From contig CALVKR010000007.1 of assembly GCA_944332995.1 (NCBI GenBank), forward strand, positions 9,859 through 73,858: a DNA stretch of 64,000 bases, given 5' to 3'. Position 1 is the first letter of the stretch. Each line of letters opens with the position of its first letter. The notes beneath the pieces were generated by a model. It did no database searches. It was not told the DNA's origin and saw nothing but the letters and a program-made list of their open reading frames with translations. This stretch comes from an uncultured Clostridia bacterium. GTDB lineage: Bacteria; Bacillota; Clostridia; Christensenellales; CAG-917. Positions 40,432 through 50,221 of the stretch are shown here, in pieces. The translations under genes were made by a program, and so were the position numbers.

Positions 40432-42751
40432 TTTTAACCAAGACTTGATTTTAGACGGCGGAATGGGAAGCTCCCTTTTGGAAAGAGGGTATATCGGCTT
40501 GCCCGAAAAGCTCAACCTCACCTCGCCCGAGGTTATAGAAGATATTCACATTAGTTACGTCAAAAGCGGAGCGGACGTAGTTTACACAAACACGTTCGGC
40601 GCAAACCGCTTTAAATACGGCGACGAGCTCGATAAAATAATAAGCGCCGCCATATCGATAGCCAAACGAAGCGGAGCGAGGTATACCGCCCTGGATATAG
40701 GTCCGCTCGGCAAAATTGTCGGCGAAGGCGGAATATCCTTTGACGAAGCATACGACGAGTTTAAAAGGATAATCCTTTCGGCAGGCGACAAGACGGATTA
40801 TATAGCGATAGAGACCATGACGTCGCTGACCGAAGCGAGAGCGGCTGTCCTTGCGGCAAAAGAAAACAGCACTCTCCCCGTTTGCGTCACGATGTCTTTT
40901 GAAAAAAATCTCAGGACTTTTTTCGGCGTGGATATACACTCGTTCGTTCTGACAATGGAAGCTATGGGGGTGAATGCGCTGGGCGCAAACTGTTCTGTGG
41001 GACCCGTGCAAATGGAAGAGATTGCAAAAAAACTTTTGGAGTGCGCTTCCGTTCCCGTAGTCATAAAACCAAACGCAGGTATGCCGTCCGTCAAAAACGG
41101 AAAGACGGTTTACGACGTGGACGAAAAGTCCTTTGCTGAAAATATGGCAAAAATCAAAGGCATGGGCGCAAATATCCTCGGCGGCTGCTGCGGAACGACG
41201 CCTGCCCACATCGCCCTGACCGCCGAACGGACAAAGGCTATAGAGGCAAAGCATGAAAAGGCAAAAGGCGTTTGGGTGTGCTCGGCGTATAAAGCCGTAT
41301 CTATCGACGGTCACACGGTAGTCGGCGAAAGGATAAACCCGACGGGCAAGAAAAAAGTTCAGGCGGCGCTGAGAGCGGACGATTATGACTTTTTGGTGTC
41401 CGAGGGCATAAAACAGGAAAAACAAAACGCCGCCGTTTTGGATGTCAACGTGGGCGTTAGCGGAATAGACGAAACAAAGGCGATGCTCGAAATGATAAAG
41501 AGGCTGTCAAAGGCAACCACCCTGCCGCTTCAGATCGACTCGTCAAAACCCGAGGTCATAGAAAAAGCGCTGAGGTATTATGACGGAGTCGCCATAGTAA
41601 ACAGCGTGAACGGCTCTAATAATTCACTTTGTTCAATCTTGCCGCTCGTAAAAAAATACGGCGCCGCAGTTATAGGTCTTACCATGGACGAAAACGGTAT
41701 TCCCGATACGGTGGAAGGCAGGCTCAAAATTGCCGATAAAATTATTAAAACCGCAGAAAATTTCGGCATAGACCGCTCTAAAGTTATCATCGACGCCCTG
41801 ACCATGGCAGAGTCTTCCGCACCCGGAACGGCGCTCGTGACGCTCGGCACCGTCGAGGCTTTGACAAAAGCCGGTATAAAGACGGCGCTCGGCGTATCCA
41901 ACGTGTCTTTCGGCATGCCGTCCCGTGAGATAATAAATGCGTCCTTTTACGATATGGCAAAGTCGAAAGGGCTGACGCTCGCCATCATCAATCCTGCCAT
42001 GAGTATGCTGTCGGGCAGCGACGACGCTGTAAACTTTTTGCTTGCAAAGCCGGATTCCGCCGGTATATATATCGAAAACACCACTCCTCTTTCCATGCCC
42101 GTTTCGGAATCAAAGGGCGACCTTGCCGACCTTATCGTTACGGGACAAGCCGACAGCGCAAGAGAGGAAACGGCTGTGTTGCTCAATTCGCTAAAGCCAA
42201 TGGAAGTTGCGGAAAAATACGTTATGCCCGCCCTGAACGAAATAGGCAAACTTTACGAAGACGGCAAAGTTTTCCTGCCTCAGCTTATCGCATCAAGCGA
42301 CGCAGCCAAAGCCGCTTTTGAAGTGATAGAAGAAGCGCTCGGAGATAAAAAGGAAGAAGGCGGCGTAAAGACTTTTGTCATTGCAACCGTCAAGGGCGAC
42401 ATACACGATATAGGCAAAAACATAGTAAAGGCGATAACTTCAAACTACGGTTACAAAGTTATCGACCTCGGGCGTGACGTCGATTATCAGACGGTAGTCG
42501 AAGCCGTAAAAAGAAATTATCCCTGCGTTTTGGGACTTTCCGCACTCATGACCACTACGGCGGAGAATATGGCAACGCAGATAAAACTCGTAAAAGAGAA
42601 ATTTGACATTCCCGTATTTTGCGGCGGCGCCGTGCTCACCCCCGAATATGCCGAACAGATAGGCGGCATATACTGCAAGGACGCCCAAGACACGGTAATG
42701 AAACTTAGCGACTTTTTCGCCCGCAATCCTGCGTTTGTAAAACAGGCTTGA
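40424..42751 (+). CDS. metH: B12-dependent methionine synthase (homocysteine, pterin, cap and B12 domains)
   Basis: LDGGMG, GGCCGTTP.HI, VGERINPTGKK, GDIHDIGKNIV, LSALMTTT. Confidence 0.93.
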   Translation: MIDFNQDLILDGGMGSSLLERGYIGLPEKLNLTSPEVIEDIHISYVKSGADVVYTNTFGANRFKYGDELDKIISAAISIAKRSGARYTALDIGPLGKIVGEGGISFDEAYDEFKRIILSAGDKTDYIAIETMTSLTEARAAVLAAKENSTLPVCVTMSFEKNLRTFFGVDIHSFVLTMEAMGVNALGANCSVGPVQMEEIAKKLLECASVPVVIKPNAGMPSVKNGKTVYDVDEKSFAENMAKIKGMGANILGGCCGTTPAHIALTAERTKAIEAKHEKAKGVWVCSAYKAVSIDGHTVVGERINPTGKKKVQAALRADDYDFLVSEGIKQEKQNAAVLDVNVGVSGIDETKAMLEMIKRLSKATTLPLQIDSSKPEVIEKALRYYDGVAIVNSVNGSNNSLCSILPLVKKYGAAVIGLTMDENGIPDTVEGRLKIADKIIKTAENFGIDRSKVIIDALTMAESSAPGTALVTLGTVEALTKAGIKTALGVSNVSFGMPSREIINASFYDMAKSKGLTLAIINPAMSMLSGSDDAVNFLLAKPDSAGIYIENTTPLSMPVSESKGDLADLIVTGQADSAREETAVLLNSLKPMEVAEKYVMPALNEIGKLYEDGKVFLPQLIASSDAAKAAFEVIEEALGDKKEEGGVKTFVIATVKGDIHDIGKNIVKAITSNYGYKVIDLGRDVDYQTVVEAVKRNYPCVLGLSALMTTTAENMATQIKLVKEKFDIPVFCGGAVLTPEYAEQIGGIYCKDAQDTVMKLSDFFARNPAFVKQA

Positions 42752-43019
42752 TTAAAAGGCTGTTTGAATGAGTTTTAACGGCTGTTTGAAAACTGTTTAC
42801 CGATTAAACGGCAGAAACTGTAACTGTTTTACGGATATTTAAAAGGCAGAATTTAATAGCTTTAAACTAAAACTCGGTTTAACCCGTTAAGGCTTTTATA
42901 GGCCTACAGTTTAAAAGAGTAAATTATACAAAGCGCATTAGCTATATTGCTATAAAGGATAATCCCTGCCGATTACTTCATAGCTATATTAAACGCAAGC
43001 TAAACCGTTTAAATTTATT

Positions 43020-43054
43020 AGCCGCCCCAAAGGGCGGTTTTCGCTTTTCTTTTT
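43020..43054 (+). terminator. intrinsic terminator of the met operon
   Basis: AGCCGCCC-caaa-GGGCGGTT followed by a T-rich tail. Confidence 0.65.
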
Positions 43055-43078
43055 CGCCCTCTTGTGCTAAAATTATAT

Positions 43079-43232
43079 CGCATAAGACGTCAGGGAAGTT
43101 GGTGAAAATCCGACACAGCCCCCGCTACTGTTATAAGCCAAGTTGCCATACGTCACCGAGAGGGAAGACGGCAAAGAATTTTTAGTTAAGATAAACTAAA
43201 ACTCTCTTAAAGTCAGGATACCGGTCTATGCG
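43079..43232 (+). ncRNA. cobalamin riboswitch
   Basis: AGGGAAgttGGTGAAAATCCgacACAGCCCCCGCTACTGT ... GGGAAG ... AAGTCAGGATACC (B12 box), closed by CGCATA(A)GAC/GTCTATGCG. Confidence 0.9.
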
Positions 43233-43259
43233 AAAATAATTTCTTTTACGGAGGGTAAA

Positions 43260-43781
43260 ATGAAAAGACACGTTTTATCTATTGTGGCGGTGGTTTTTAT
43301 CGTCACGGCACTTTCACTTGTTTTCGTCGCTTGCGACAATCCCCTTGCCCCGAATACGGGCGACGATTCACAAAAGACCGTATCGGTTTATCTTTTGGCG
43401 CCCGATTGCAACTCATCTCCCGACGTGCTGAAAAGTTTTGAAGTTACCACTACGGCGGCAAACGTGCACGATTTGCTTTTGCAGTTAAAGGGCGAAAAGA
43501 AAATATCTTACGCTTTTTCCGAAAGCAGTTACGGCGCATATATCACCTCGCTCGGATACTACGATGGCGAAACGCTGACTGATATGAGCTATAATGCGTC
43601 TACGCAGTTTATCGCCGTTTACCACTCGATAGACCGTGCCGACCTTATCGACTACGGACAGTCGTCAAACTTTTTCGACTTGGCTACTTTTAATTTTAAA
43701 TCGTCGTATGCAGGCATATCCTCGCTTCCCGTCGAAAACGGAGAGGCTTATGCTTTTATGGTAAACACTTTCTCGTGGTAG
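43260..43781 (+). CDS. lipoprotein with DUF4430 (transcobalamin-like) domain, putative B12 binder
   Basis: Lipobox FVAC, motifs S.YGAYITSLG and GISSLPVENG..Y.F. Directly downstream of the B12 riboswitch. Confidence 0.7.
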   Translation: MKRHVLSIVAVVFIVTALSLVFVACDNPLAPNTGDDSQKTVSVYLLAPDCNSSPDVLKSFEVTTTAANVHDLLLQLKGEKKISYAFSESSYGAYITSLGYYDGETLTDMSYNASTQFIAVYHSIDRADLIDYGQSSNFFDLATFNFKSSYAGISSLPVENGEAYAFMVNTFSW

Positions 43782-43797
43782 ATTGATTATTTTTTAA

Positions 43798-44442
43798 ATG
43801 CAAAAGATAGAGAGCGGACAAAACAAAAGTGCGTCGGTCAACCTGACCTACGTCGCCGTCATGGCGGCGTCGCTTACCGTGCTAAAACTCGCTTTGAGCT
43901 TTATACCCAACGTCGAGGTAGTAACGCTTTTAATACTATGTTACGCCTCGGCTTTCGGGGCAAGGCGAACGATGACCGCCACAATGATTTTTTGCACGGT
44001 GGAAATTTTGCTCTACGGCTTCAATTCGTGGGTGCTGCTTTATTATATATATTGGAACGCCCTTGCCTTTACCGCCTCGCTGTGTCTTAAAAAGCCGTCG
44101 CTTATTGTCGCCGTCGTCATTGCGGTGCTGTTTACCGCTTTTTTCGGTGTGCTTTCCACCGCCATCGACGTAATGTTTGCCGGCATAAACGGCGTGCCCG
44201 AAAGCGAACTCGGCTACCTGTTTACCGCCTATTACGTAAGAGGCGCATGGTTTTATATCATACACGTCATCTCAAACTTTTTCATCGTGGGCGTTTTATA
44301 TATCCCTCTTACCGTCACGCTTTATAAAATACTCGGCAAAGACGTATCCTATATAATATCTCGGTTTAAAAGGATAAAGCCTTATAGGGTAAGGAAAAAA
44401 GCCAATGCCAACACAGATAAGGAGAACAAAGCGGAAAGATAA
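43798..44442 (+). CDS. ECF transporter S-component, CbrT-like (cobalamin)
   Basis: Several TM helices, IPNVEVVT motif, HVISN near the C-terminus, B12 riboswitch context. Confidence 0.8.
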   Translation: MQKIESGQNKSASVNLTYVAVMAASLTVLKLALSFIPNVEVVTLLILCYASAFGARRTMTATMIFCTVEILLYGFNSWVLLYYIYWNALAFTASLCLKKPSLIVAVVIAVLFTAFFGVLSTAIDVMFAGINGVPESELGYLFTAYYVRGAWFYIIHVISNFFIVGVLYIPLTVTLYKILGKDVSYIISRFKRIKPYRVRKKANANTDKENKAER

Positions 44443-44536
44443 ACTAAATACTGTTCAGTCCCGTCCGCTTTTACCTTTTTTTGGAACTCGGCGTCGACAA
44501 AAGGCGGTCAAAGTAGCACTGTCCTCAATTCTTTTC

Positions 44537-44576
44537 CCGCTTCTATTCCGTTTCTATTCCGTTTCTATTCCGCTTC
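44537..44576. repeat. 11-bp tandem repeat (~3.6 copies)
   Basis: CCG(C/T)TTCTATT units. Confidence 0.8.
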
Positions 44577-44594
44577 AAAAATTCCCCGATAAAC

Positions 44595-44633
44595 AAAAAA
44601 ACGCCCCGACAGAGTTGTTTGGCGTTTTTTTTT
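44595..44633 (+). terminator. intrinsic terminator
   Basis: AAAAAAACGCC...GGCGTTTTTTTTT. Confidence 0.65.
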
Positions 44634-44757
44634 GCTTTATTTGAGCGTATTTTCATTATTTGGAAACTGTTTTTTTCGCTGTATTATTGACAATAGTTGT
44701 GAATTGGTTTAATATTTACTATGTATCTTAGTCTTTAATTAACATAGGAGGAAAGCA

Positions 44758-45825
44758 ATGTTTACGAGATGCCCAAGCTGCCATACGGAAATCAGCTTCG
44801 ACGCACCTAAAAATGCGCCGGCAGGATATAAACATCGTATCAAATGCCCAAACCCGAATTGCGGCGTTACAATAAGCGTGGTCATTCCGCCCAGGCAAAA
44901 TGCGGTCAATCAGCAACCTACCCAGGCGGCAAGCACTTACAGCCAACAGCCTGTGGGAGGAGTGGGACAGCAATATCCGCCCTATCCGCCTCAGTATCCG
45001 CCATACGGATATGCGCCGTATAACGGATATACGCCTCAGCCCTATCCGCAAAATCCGCCCTATCCTTATCCTCAGCAACCTGCTCAGTCTGAACAGCAAG
45101 AGGAGGAAGTTACTTCGGGAAAGCTGTCGGGAAGCGTGGTAAAAAGCCTTGTGTTGCTTTTTATCGGTTTAGGCGTAGTTCTTTTCCACGTCCTCGGATA
45201 TCTCGTTGCGACGGGAACGCTTGCCCTGCCCAACAGCGCCGGTCTTGAGCTCTTTACGGGAATCTCGTATCTCGACCTGCTCATCTCCATGGGCGCAGAC
45301 GCATTGAGAGGAACAAGCATTATATCGTCAGTGTTCAATCTTTTGTGCGTGGTGCAATTCTTCCTCGCCTGCATAATGATTATATTCAATCTGTTTATAG
45401 CAATATTCAAAGCATACGGCAAAGGTGCGGGAATAACTAACATCGTTTTCTCGGCATTGGTTTTGCTCCTGTTTATCGCAAGCGCCATAGCGCCTTATAT
45501 CGATACGCTTTTAACGCTTCAGATTCAAATTGACTTTGGCTCATACTTCAAGATGATAGCGACCGTCGATATGTGTTGCCTGCTCGTGGGCGTGGCGTTG
45601 GGGCTTTTAATGTTCGTCCTTTCGATAGTGTTCTTCTTCTTGAAGGCACACCCCATTCCGGATAAAACGGAAGAGACGGAAAACGCCGACCCGTTCAACC
45701 CCGCGGCTGCGGACGCGCAAAACTCAGAAGAAGGCGGCAAGAAACAGAAAAAGGCTAAAAAGGAAAAAAAGAAAAAGTCTAAAGACGAAAAAGGCAACGC
45801 CGAGCCTGTAGATACGGCGCAATAA
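44758..45825 (+). CDS. zinc-ribbon protein with P/Q/Y-rich linker and multi-TM domain
   Basis: MFTRCPSC...IKCPNPNC (MJ0042-like finger), low-complexity linker, about 5 hydrophobic helices, charged tail, SD GGAGG. Confidence 0.8.
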   Translation: MFTRCPSCHTEISFDAPKNAPAGYKHRIKCPNPNCGVTISVVIPPRQNAVNQQPTQAASTYSQQPVGGVGQQYPPYPPQYPPYGYAPYNGYTPQPYPQNPPYPYPQQPAQSEQQEEEVTSGKLSGSVVKSLVLLFIGLGVVLFHVLGYLVATGTLALPNSAGLELFTGISYLDLLISMGADALRGTSIISSVFNLLCVVQFFLACIMIIFNLFIAIFKAYGKGAGITNIVFSALVLLLFIASAIAPYIDTLLTLQIQIDFGSYFKMIATVDMCCLLVGVALGLLMFVLSIVFFFLKAHPIPDKTEETENADPFNPAAADAQNSEEGGKKQKKAKKEKKKKSKDEKGNAEPVDTAQ

Positions 45826-45833
45826 TAAAAAAC

Positions 45834-45862
45834 AAAAAGAAGCGGACTGCCGCTTCTTTTTT
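45834..45862. terminator. bidirectional intrinsic terminator
   Basis: AAAAAGAAGCGG-actg-CCGCTTCTTTTTT. Confidence 0.8.
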
Positions 45863-45965
45863 ATTGCTACACTGCCGATTTTACCTTTAACCGTTAGCTT
45901 TGCAGGTGTAGTTCAGTGTTTAAGTTTCGGTTGTCAAGACTTAATTTAATTTTGCTTAAACAGAT

Positions 45966-47309
45966 TTATAACACAAGCTGTCCCGCATCCGAATTGACAA
46001 CGTATAAAATGTTGAGTTCTTCTCCCGTGGCGCAATCGATATAGACAAAGTATTCGCCGCCGTTTATTTCGCCGTTCAATTCATAGCAAAGTCTTTCGCT
46101 CTTTTCGCCGTAAGGAATGACGGCAAGTCGGACGTTTTTGATTTGCATTCTCTCGTCCGCTTTTGCTACCGCATCCGATTCGGATATGGCGATTGCGCCA
46201 TAACTTCTCGTCTTATGATTTTTTGCGTAATGACTTGCCTCGACGCCGAGCACTTTGAGGTCGTCAAGCGCCACTTTAAATTTTACGATATCGGGATAAA
46301 TGACGACGCCGTTTTCCTTTACCGCCGTATTGACGTAGGCATAACCGTCCGTTTTTTCCACCCACACGGCTATGAGATTTTCAAAGCCGAGCTCTTTTGA
46401 ATACTCAAGCGTAGCATTTATTATCTCGTCGTTTGAATAGTCTTTAGGAGCGTCAACCCTTTTTGTCACTGTAAAGCCTAAGAGTTCTGCGTCCGATTTT
46501 GTCACGTTGACGTACGTTTCGCTTCCGTCTATTTCCGTTTTAAAGCAATACATATCGTCCGTCTCCGCCACAAGCTCCACTGCCGTGTTATCGCCAAGCG
46601 AGAAGATATCTTTCACTCTCTTTTGCGCTTTTTCAACGGAAATCAAAGTCGTTTTGTCCGAAACGGATTTTTCGTCGCCGTCCGAGAAAGGACCGTCGTA
46701 TATGAGCGTCGGGTAATCGACGTCAGGCTCGACAAAGTTTTCAAACATATCGGGAAGCGACTTTAACACGCCGTCCGAACCTAAAAAGGATTTACCGCTT
46801 TTAAGCTCGTCCTGAATTGCAGAAAGATTGTCGGATACCACCTCGAGCATCTGCCCTATCTGAAACAGATTTTGTTTTTCATTTTCGCTGAGCGGATTGC
46901 CTTCGCTTGTCTTTTTCGCAAGGTAATAGGCGTAGTCCTGCACCTGATTTATAAACTTTTTGAGTTTTTCACCGCCCTCACCGCTTGCGTCGAAACTTGA
47001 CAGATTTGCGGCGGCACCCTGTCCGGCGTTCCATACCTCATAAAGATATTCCTGCTCCGTCTTGCCCGACGTAGCGGCATCGATTTTCTTTAAGTCGACC
47101 GACATATCGTTGACCTCAGCTACGAGGTTATAATACGCCCTTTGATAGGTCCCCTCAAGCATATTCTGCGCCTCTACCGTGGGCGACGTCGGATTGAACA
47201 ACACGGCAAAGGCAACTACTGCGGCTATCAGTAAAAGCGATATCACTATAATTGTGGCGATGAGCGCTTTTATTGTTTTGTCTTTTTTATCTACGTTGGT
47301 TTTTTCCAT
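45966..47309 (-). CDS. ypeB: germination protein YpeB (PepSY domains)
   Basis: YQRAYYNL, YPTLIYDGPFSD, YPDIVKFKVALD, LCYE, YID..TGEE. Follows sleB. Confidence 0.92.
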   Translation of the reverse strand: MEKTNVDKKDKTIKALIATIIVISLLLIAAVVAFAVLFNPTSPTVEAQNMLEGTYQRAYYNLVAEVNDMSVDLKKIDAATSGKTEQEYLYEVWNAGQGAAANLSSFDASGEGGEKLKKFINQVQDYAYYLAKKTSEGNPLSENEKQNLFQIGQMLEVVSDNLSAIQDELKSGKSFLGSDGVLKSLPDMFENFVEPDVDYPTLIYDGPFSDGDEKSVSDKTTLISVEKAQKRVKDIFSLGDNTAVELVAETDDMYCFKTEIDGSETYVNVTKSDAELLGFTVTKRVDAPKDYSNDEIINATLEYSKELGFENLIAVWVEKTDGYAYVNTAVKENGVVIYPDIVKFKVALDDLKVLGVEASHYAKNHKTRSYGAIAISESDAVAKADERMQIKNVRLAVIPYGEKSERLCYELNGEINGGEYFVYIDCATGEELNILYVVNSDAGQLVL

Positions 47310-47318
47310 ATCTCCTCC

Positions 47319-48002
47319 TTACACCGCAAAATTGTGACTGCCTATCGACAGCCTGACCTGCCTTGACCAAATCCAGCTGCTTGTCGCCGTGGACGGGTTG
47401 TAATAATAAATGCAACCGTTCGTAGGGTCCCAGCCGTTCATTGCGTCGAGCGCAGCCTGACGCGCCGTGCTGTTGGGCGTAAGATTTATCTGCCCGTCGT
47501 TGACGCAGGTAAAGGCATACGGCTCGTATATAACTCCTGCAATCGTGTTGGGAAATGACGAGCTCTTGACTCTGTTCAATACTACCGCCGCTACGGCAAC
47601 CTGTCCCGTATAAGGCTCGCCCCGAGCCTCGGCATAAACGAGCTTTGCCAAAAGGTTAATATCCGAATTGCTGTATCCACCGCCGGTGCTGCTTGAGGTA
47701 TTGCTGAGCGTCATACCGAGAGCCGCAGCTGTTTTCGCTCCCACTATACCGTCGGCTACAAGTCCGTTTTTGCGCTGAAAATATAAAACGCCGTTTAATG
47801 TTTTCGGGCCGAAAATGCCGTCAACGGAACCTGTCATATATCCCCAATTTATAAGTTTGGTTTGCAAAGTCCTGACTTGCGTTCCCTGAGACCCTTGTTT
47901 TAAAACGGCGGCTTCGGCTACGTCGGCGTCCGAAGTGAATATCACTCCCACCGAAAGACACACCGCCAAAGCCATACATAAAAACAATGTTATCTTTTTC
48001 AT
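47319..48002 (-). CDS. sleB: spore cortex-lytic enzyme
   Basis: Peptidoglycan-binding domain (DGIFG..T, FQ..NGL..DGIVG), AEARGEPY.GQVAVAAV.LNRV, GWDPT. Confidence 0.95.
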   Translation of the reverse strand: MKKITLFLCMALAVCLSVGVIFTSDADVAEAAVLKQGSQGTQVRTLQTKLINWGYMTGSVDGIFGPKTLNGVLYFQRKNGLVADGIVGAKTAAALGMTLSNTSSSTGGGYSNSDINLLAKLVYAEARGEPYTGQVAVAAVVLNRVKSSSFPNTIAGVIYEPYAFTCVNDGQINLTPNSTARQAALDAMNGWDPTNGCIYYYNPSTATSSWIWSRQVRLSIGSHNFAV

Positions 48003-48228
48003 AAATCCTCCGCTTTTATTTTTCGCCTAAACAAAATTTGTATGCCCTGCTTTTTTGCCAATAAAAAGCAAAAACCGCCCGTCTTGCGACGAACGGCTCA
48101 TTGCTCGGATTTTGTATCGGGTTTTTAAATTTTGACTTTAATACTTTGTCTTTATTTGAAATTTTAAACGCATTATGTTTTGACTTGACGGATAGGCTCG
48201 CTCGGTTTGAGCGTCTTGCAGATACGCT

Positions 48229-48771
48229 TTAGCCGAACAGACTGTCGAGTTTTTCCTTGACCCACGATTTATATACTACTTCGCCTTCGGGGACAAAGCA
48301 CAGCGGTGGGAAAGCCACGCACCACCAATTATCTCCCTCGCCCGTGCCGAGATTCAAAATAAGGCTGTCGTATTCTCCTGCGGGGAAAGTGTATTCGCCG
48401 TAAACTCTTTCGGGAAATGTTTCCTTGCCGATATATATGTTAGCTTTGTAGTCAAATCCGTTTTGCGCCAATACCTCGTTTGCGATTTTCGTGATTTGAG
48501 CCTTTGATGCGTCGAGCGTTTCAAGCGCCTGCGCTTTAGAGTTTACTCCCTCCAGCCTTTCAGTGAGATATTCCGTAACGCTGTCACGCACCCTGAGTTT
48601 TACCTCTTGGTCAATATCCGAATTGCTGTTTGCTCTGATATGTATCCTGACAACCTCTTGCGTAAGGTCGGGCTCATCGCAAGCGGAAAGGGCGAGCACG
48701 CAAAACAAGACGGCTAAAAGCAACCCTGTAAACACTATTCCCTTTTTAAATTTCAATTCCCTTGTTTTCAT
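48229..48771 (-). CDS. spoIIR: stage II sporulation protein R
   Basis: RIHIRANSNS..DQ.VKL.VRD, FP.R.YG, G.G.G.NWWCV.FPPLC. Confidence 0.95.
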   Translation of the reverse strand: MKTRELKFKKGIVFTGLLLAVLFCVLALSACDEPDLTQEVVRIHIRANSNSDIDQEVKLRVRDSVTEYLTERLEGVNSKAQALETLDASKAQITKIANEVLAQNGFDYKANIYIGKETFPERVYGEYTFPAGEYDSLILNLGTGEGDNWWCVAFPPLCFVPEGEVVYKSWVKEKLDSLFG

Positions 48772-48840
48772 ATCCTGATTGTCGACAGATTTATTTTTTT
48801 TATACTTGCCCTGCCGATATATTTGTGATAATCTTTAGAT

Positions 48841-49368
48841 ATGGAAAAAACGGTAAACAAAAACTATGTGTATCAAGGTCGCATAATAAAGGTGCGCAAT
48901 GACGACGCCTTAGCCGAAAACGGCAATCCTTGCAAACGTGAAATCGTGGAGCACAGAGGCGGAGCGGCAATCCTTGCCGTGGAAGACAAAAAATTCGTGT
49001 ATCTCGTAAAGCAATATCGCTATGCCTACGAAAAAGAATTGCTTGAGATACCGGCAGGAAAAATAGAGGAAAACGAAAACCCCTATGACACCGCCATAAG
49101 AGAGCTTGAAGAGGAACTCGGACTCAAAGCGGACAGGATTGAGCCTTTCGGCGAAGTTTATCCCACACCCGGTTACTGCAACGAAATCATAAGGCTGTAT
49201 CTTGCCGAAAAATTCGTCCCCACCCACACACACTTTGACGACGACGAATATTTAGTCCAGATAAAAGTTACCCTTGACGAGGCAATAAAAATGATTATGG
49301 ACGGGACGATTAAAGATTCAAAGACAATAGTCGCACTGTTAAAATATAAAGAAATGCAAAACAAATAA
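48841..49368 (+). CDS. nudF: Nudix hydrolase (ADP-ribose pyrophosphatase)
   Basis: QYRY, EIPAGK, Nudix box A.RELEEELG, DSKT. Confidence 0.9.
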   Translation: MEKTVNKNYVYQGRIIKVRNDDALAENGNPCKREIVEHRGGAAILAVEDKKFVYLVKQYRYAYEKELLEIPAGKIEENENPYDTAIRELEEELGLKADRIEPFGEVYPTPGYCNEIIRLYLAEKFVPTHTHFDDDEYLVQIKVTLDEAIKMIMDGTIKDSKTIVALLKYKEMQNK

Positions 49369-49626
49369 TTTTGTTTTACCTGCATTTTGCCGATTCGCTT
49401 ATCAAAGCCGCATTGGCACAGGCTGTCTTTTCTTCTTTGACGTCCTTTGGTTTAAACGGTATTTAATACGGCGTTTTAAATATACCGTCGCACTTTAAAA
49501 TATTATAGAGTATTTTAAAGTTTGACGGTTTTGTTTTGCGATTAAATTTAGGCAATGCTTTCCCCTTTTGATTTATCGGATACATATTTTTAAGTTTATA
49601 TGCAACACTAATACCGAGGTGAAACT

Positions 49627-50043
49627 ATGAAAATTTACGAAGAAATATTAAAAAACGCCGACCTCGGCATTGAGGCTATCGAGGCGGTCAAATGCAGAGT
49701 GCAGGACGAAAGATTTTTAAACGAGCTTGCCAAAGAAAAGAGAGCCTACGTTTCATACAGATGCGAGATGGAAAGAGAGCTATCCGATTCGCAGCTCAAA
49801 GACGCAGTGGCGTCAAAATTTCAAAAGGCAATGATGAAATTCGGCACAAAAATGAACACCGTTTTCGACAGCTCGAACACCAATATAGCCGAGATGATGA
49901 TAGAGGGCACGAACATGGGCATTAACGACATTCAAAAGGAAATCAACCGCATGAACGCCGACAAAGAGGACGTTCCGCCCGTAGCATATGAGTATATCGA
50001 AATGATGCAACAAAACGTCGACGAGCTGAGAAATTATCTTTAA
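49627..50043 (+). CDS. conserved hypothetical helical protein
   Basis: SD GAGGTG, downstream terminator, IAEMMIEG.NMG motif. Possible forespore-type promoter. Confidence 0.75.
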   Translation: MKIYEEILKNADLGIEAIEAVKCRVQDERFLNELAKEKRAYVSYRCEMERELSDSQLKDAVASKFQKAMMKFGTKMNTVFDSSNTNIAEMMIEGTNMGINDIQKEINRMNADKEDVPPVAYEYIEMMQQNVDELRNYL

Positions 50044-50046
50044 ACT

Positions 50047-50072
50047 AAAAAGCCGCTTAAAGCGGCTTTTTT
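50047..50072. terminator. bidirectional intrinsic terminator
   Basis: AAAAAGCCGCT-taa-AGCGGCTTTTTT. Confidence 0.8.
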
Positions 50073-50221
50073 AATTGAAGTATCTTTATTTTTACTTATG
50101 GCTTTTAAACCGATAACGCATCGAATTTTTCCTGTTCTATGCCTAAAAGGCTTATAGATATCTTTGCGTATATGCTCTTTTATCGTTTGTTTATAACGAG
50201 GTGATACCGACGCACGGCAAG

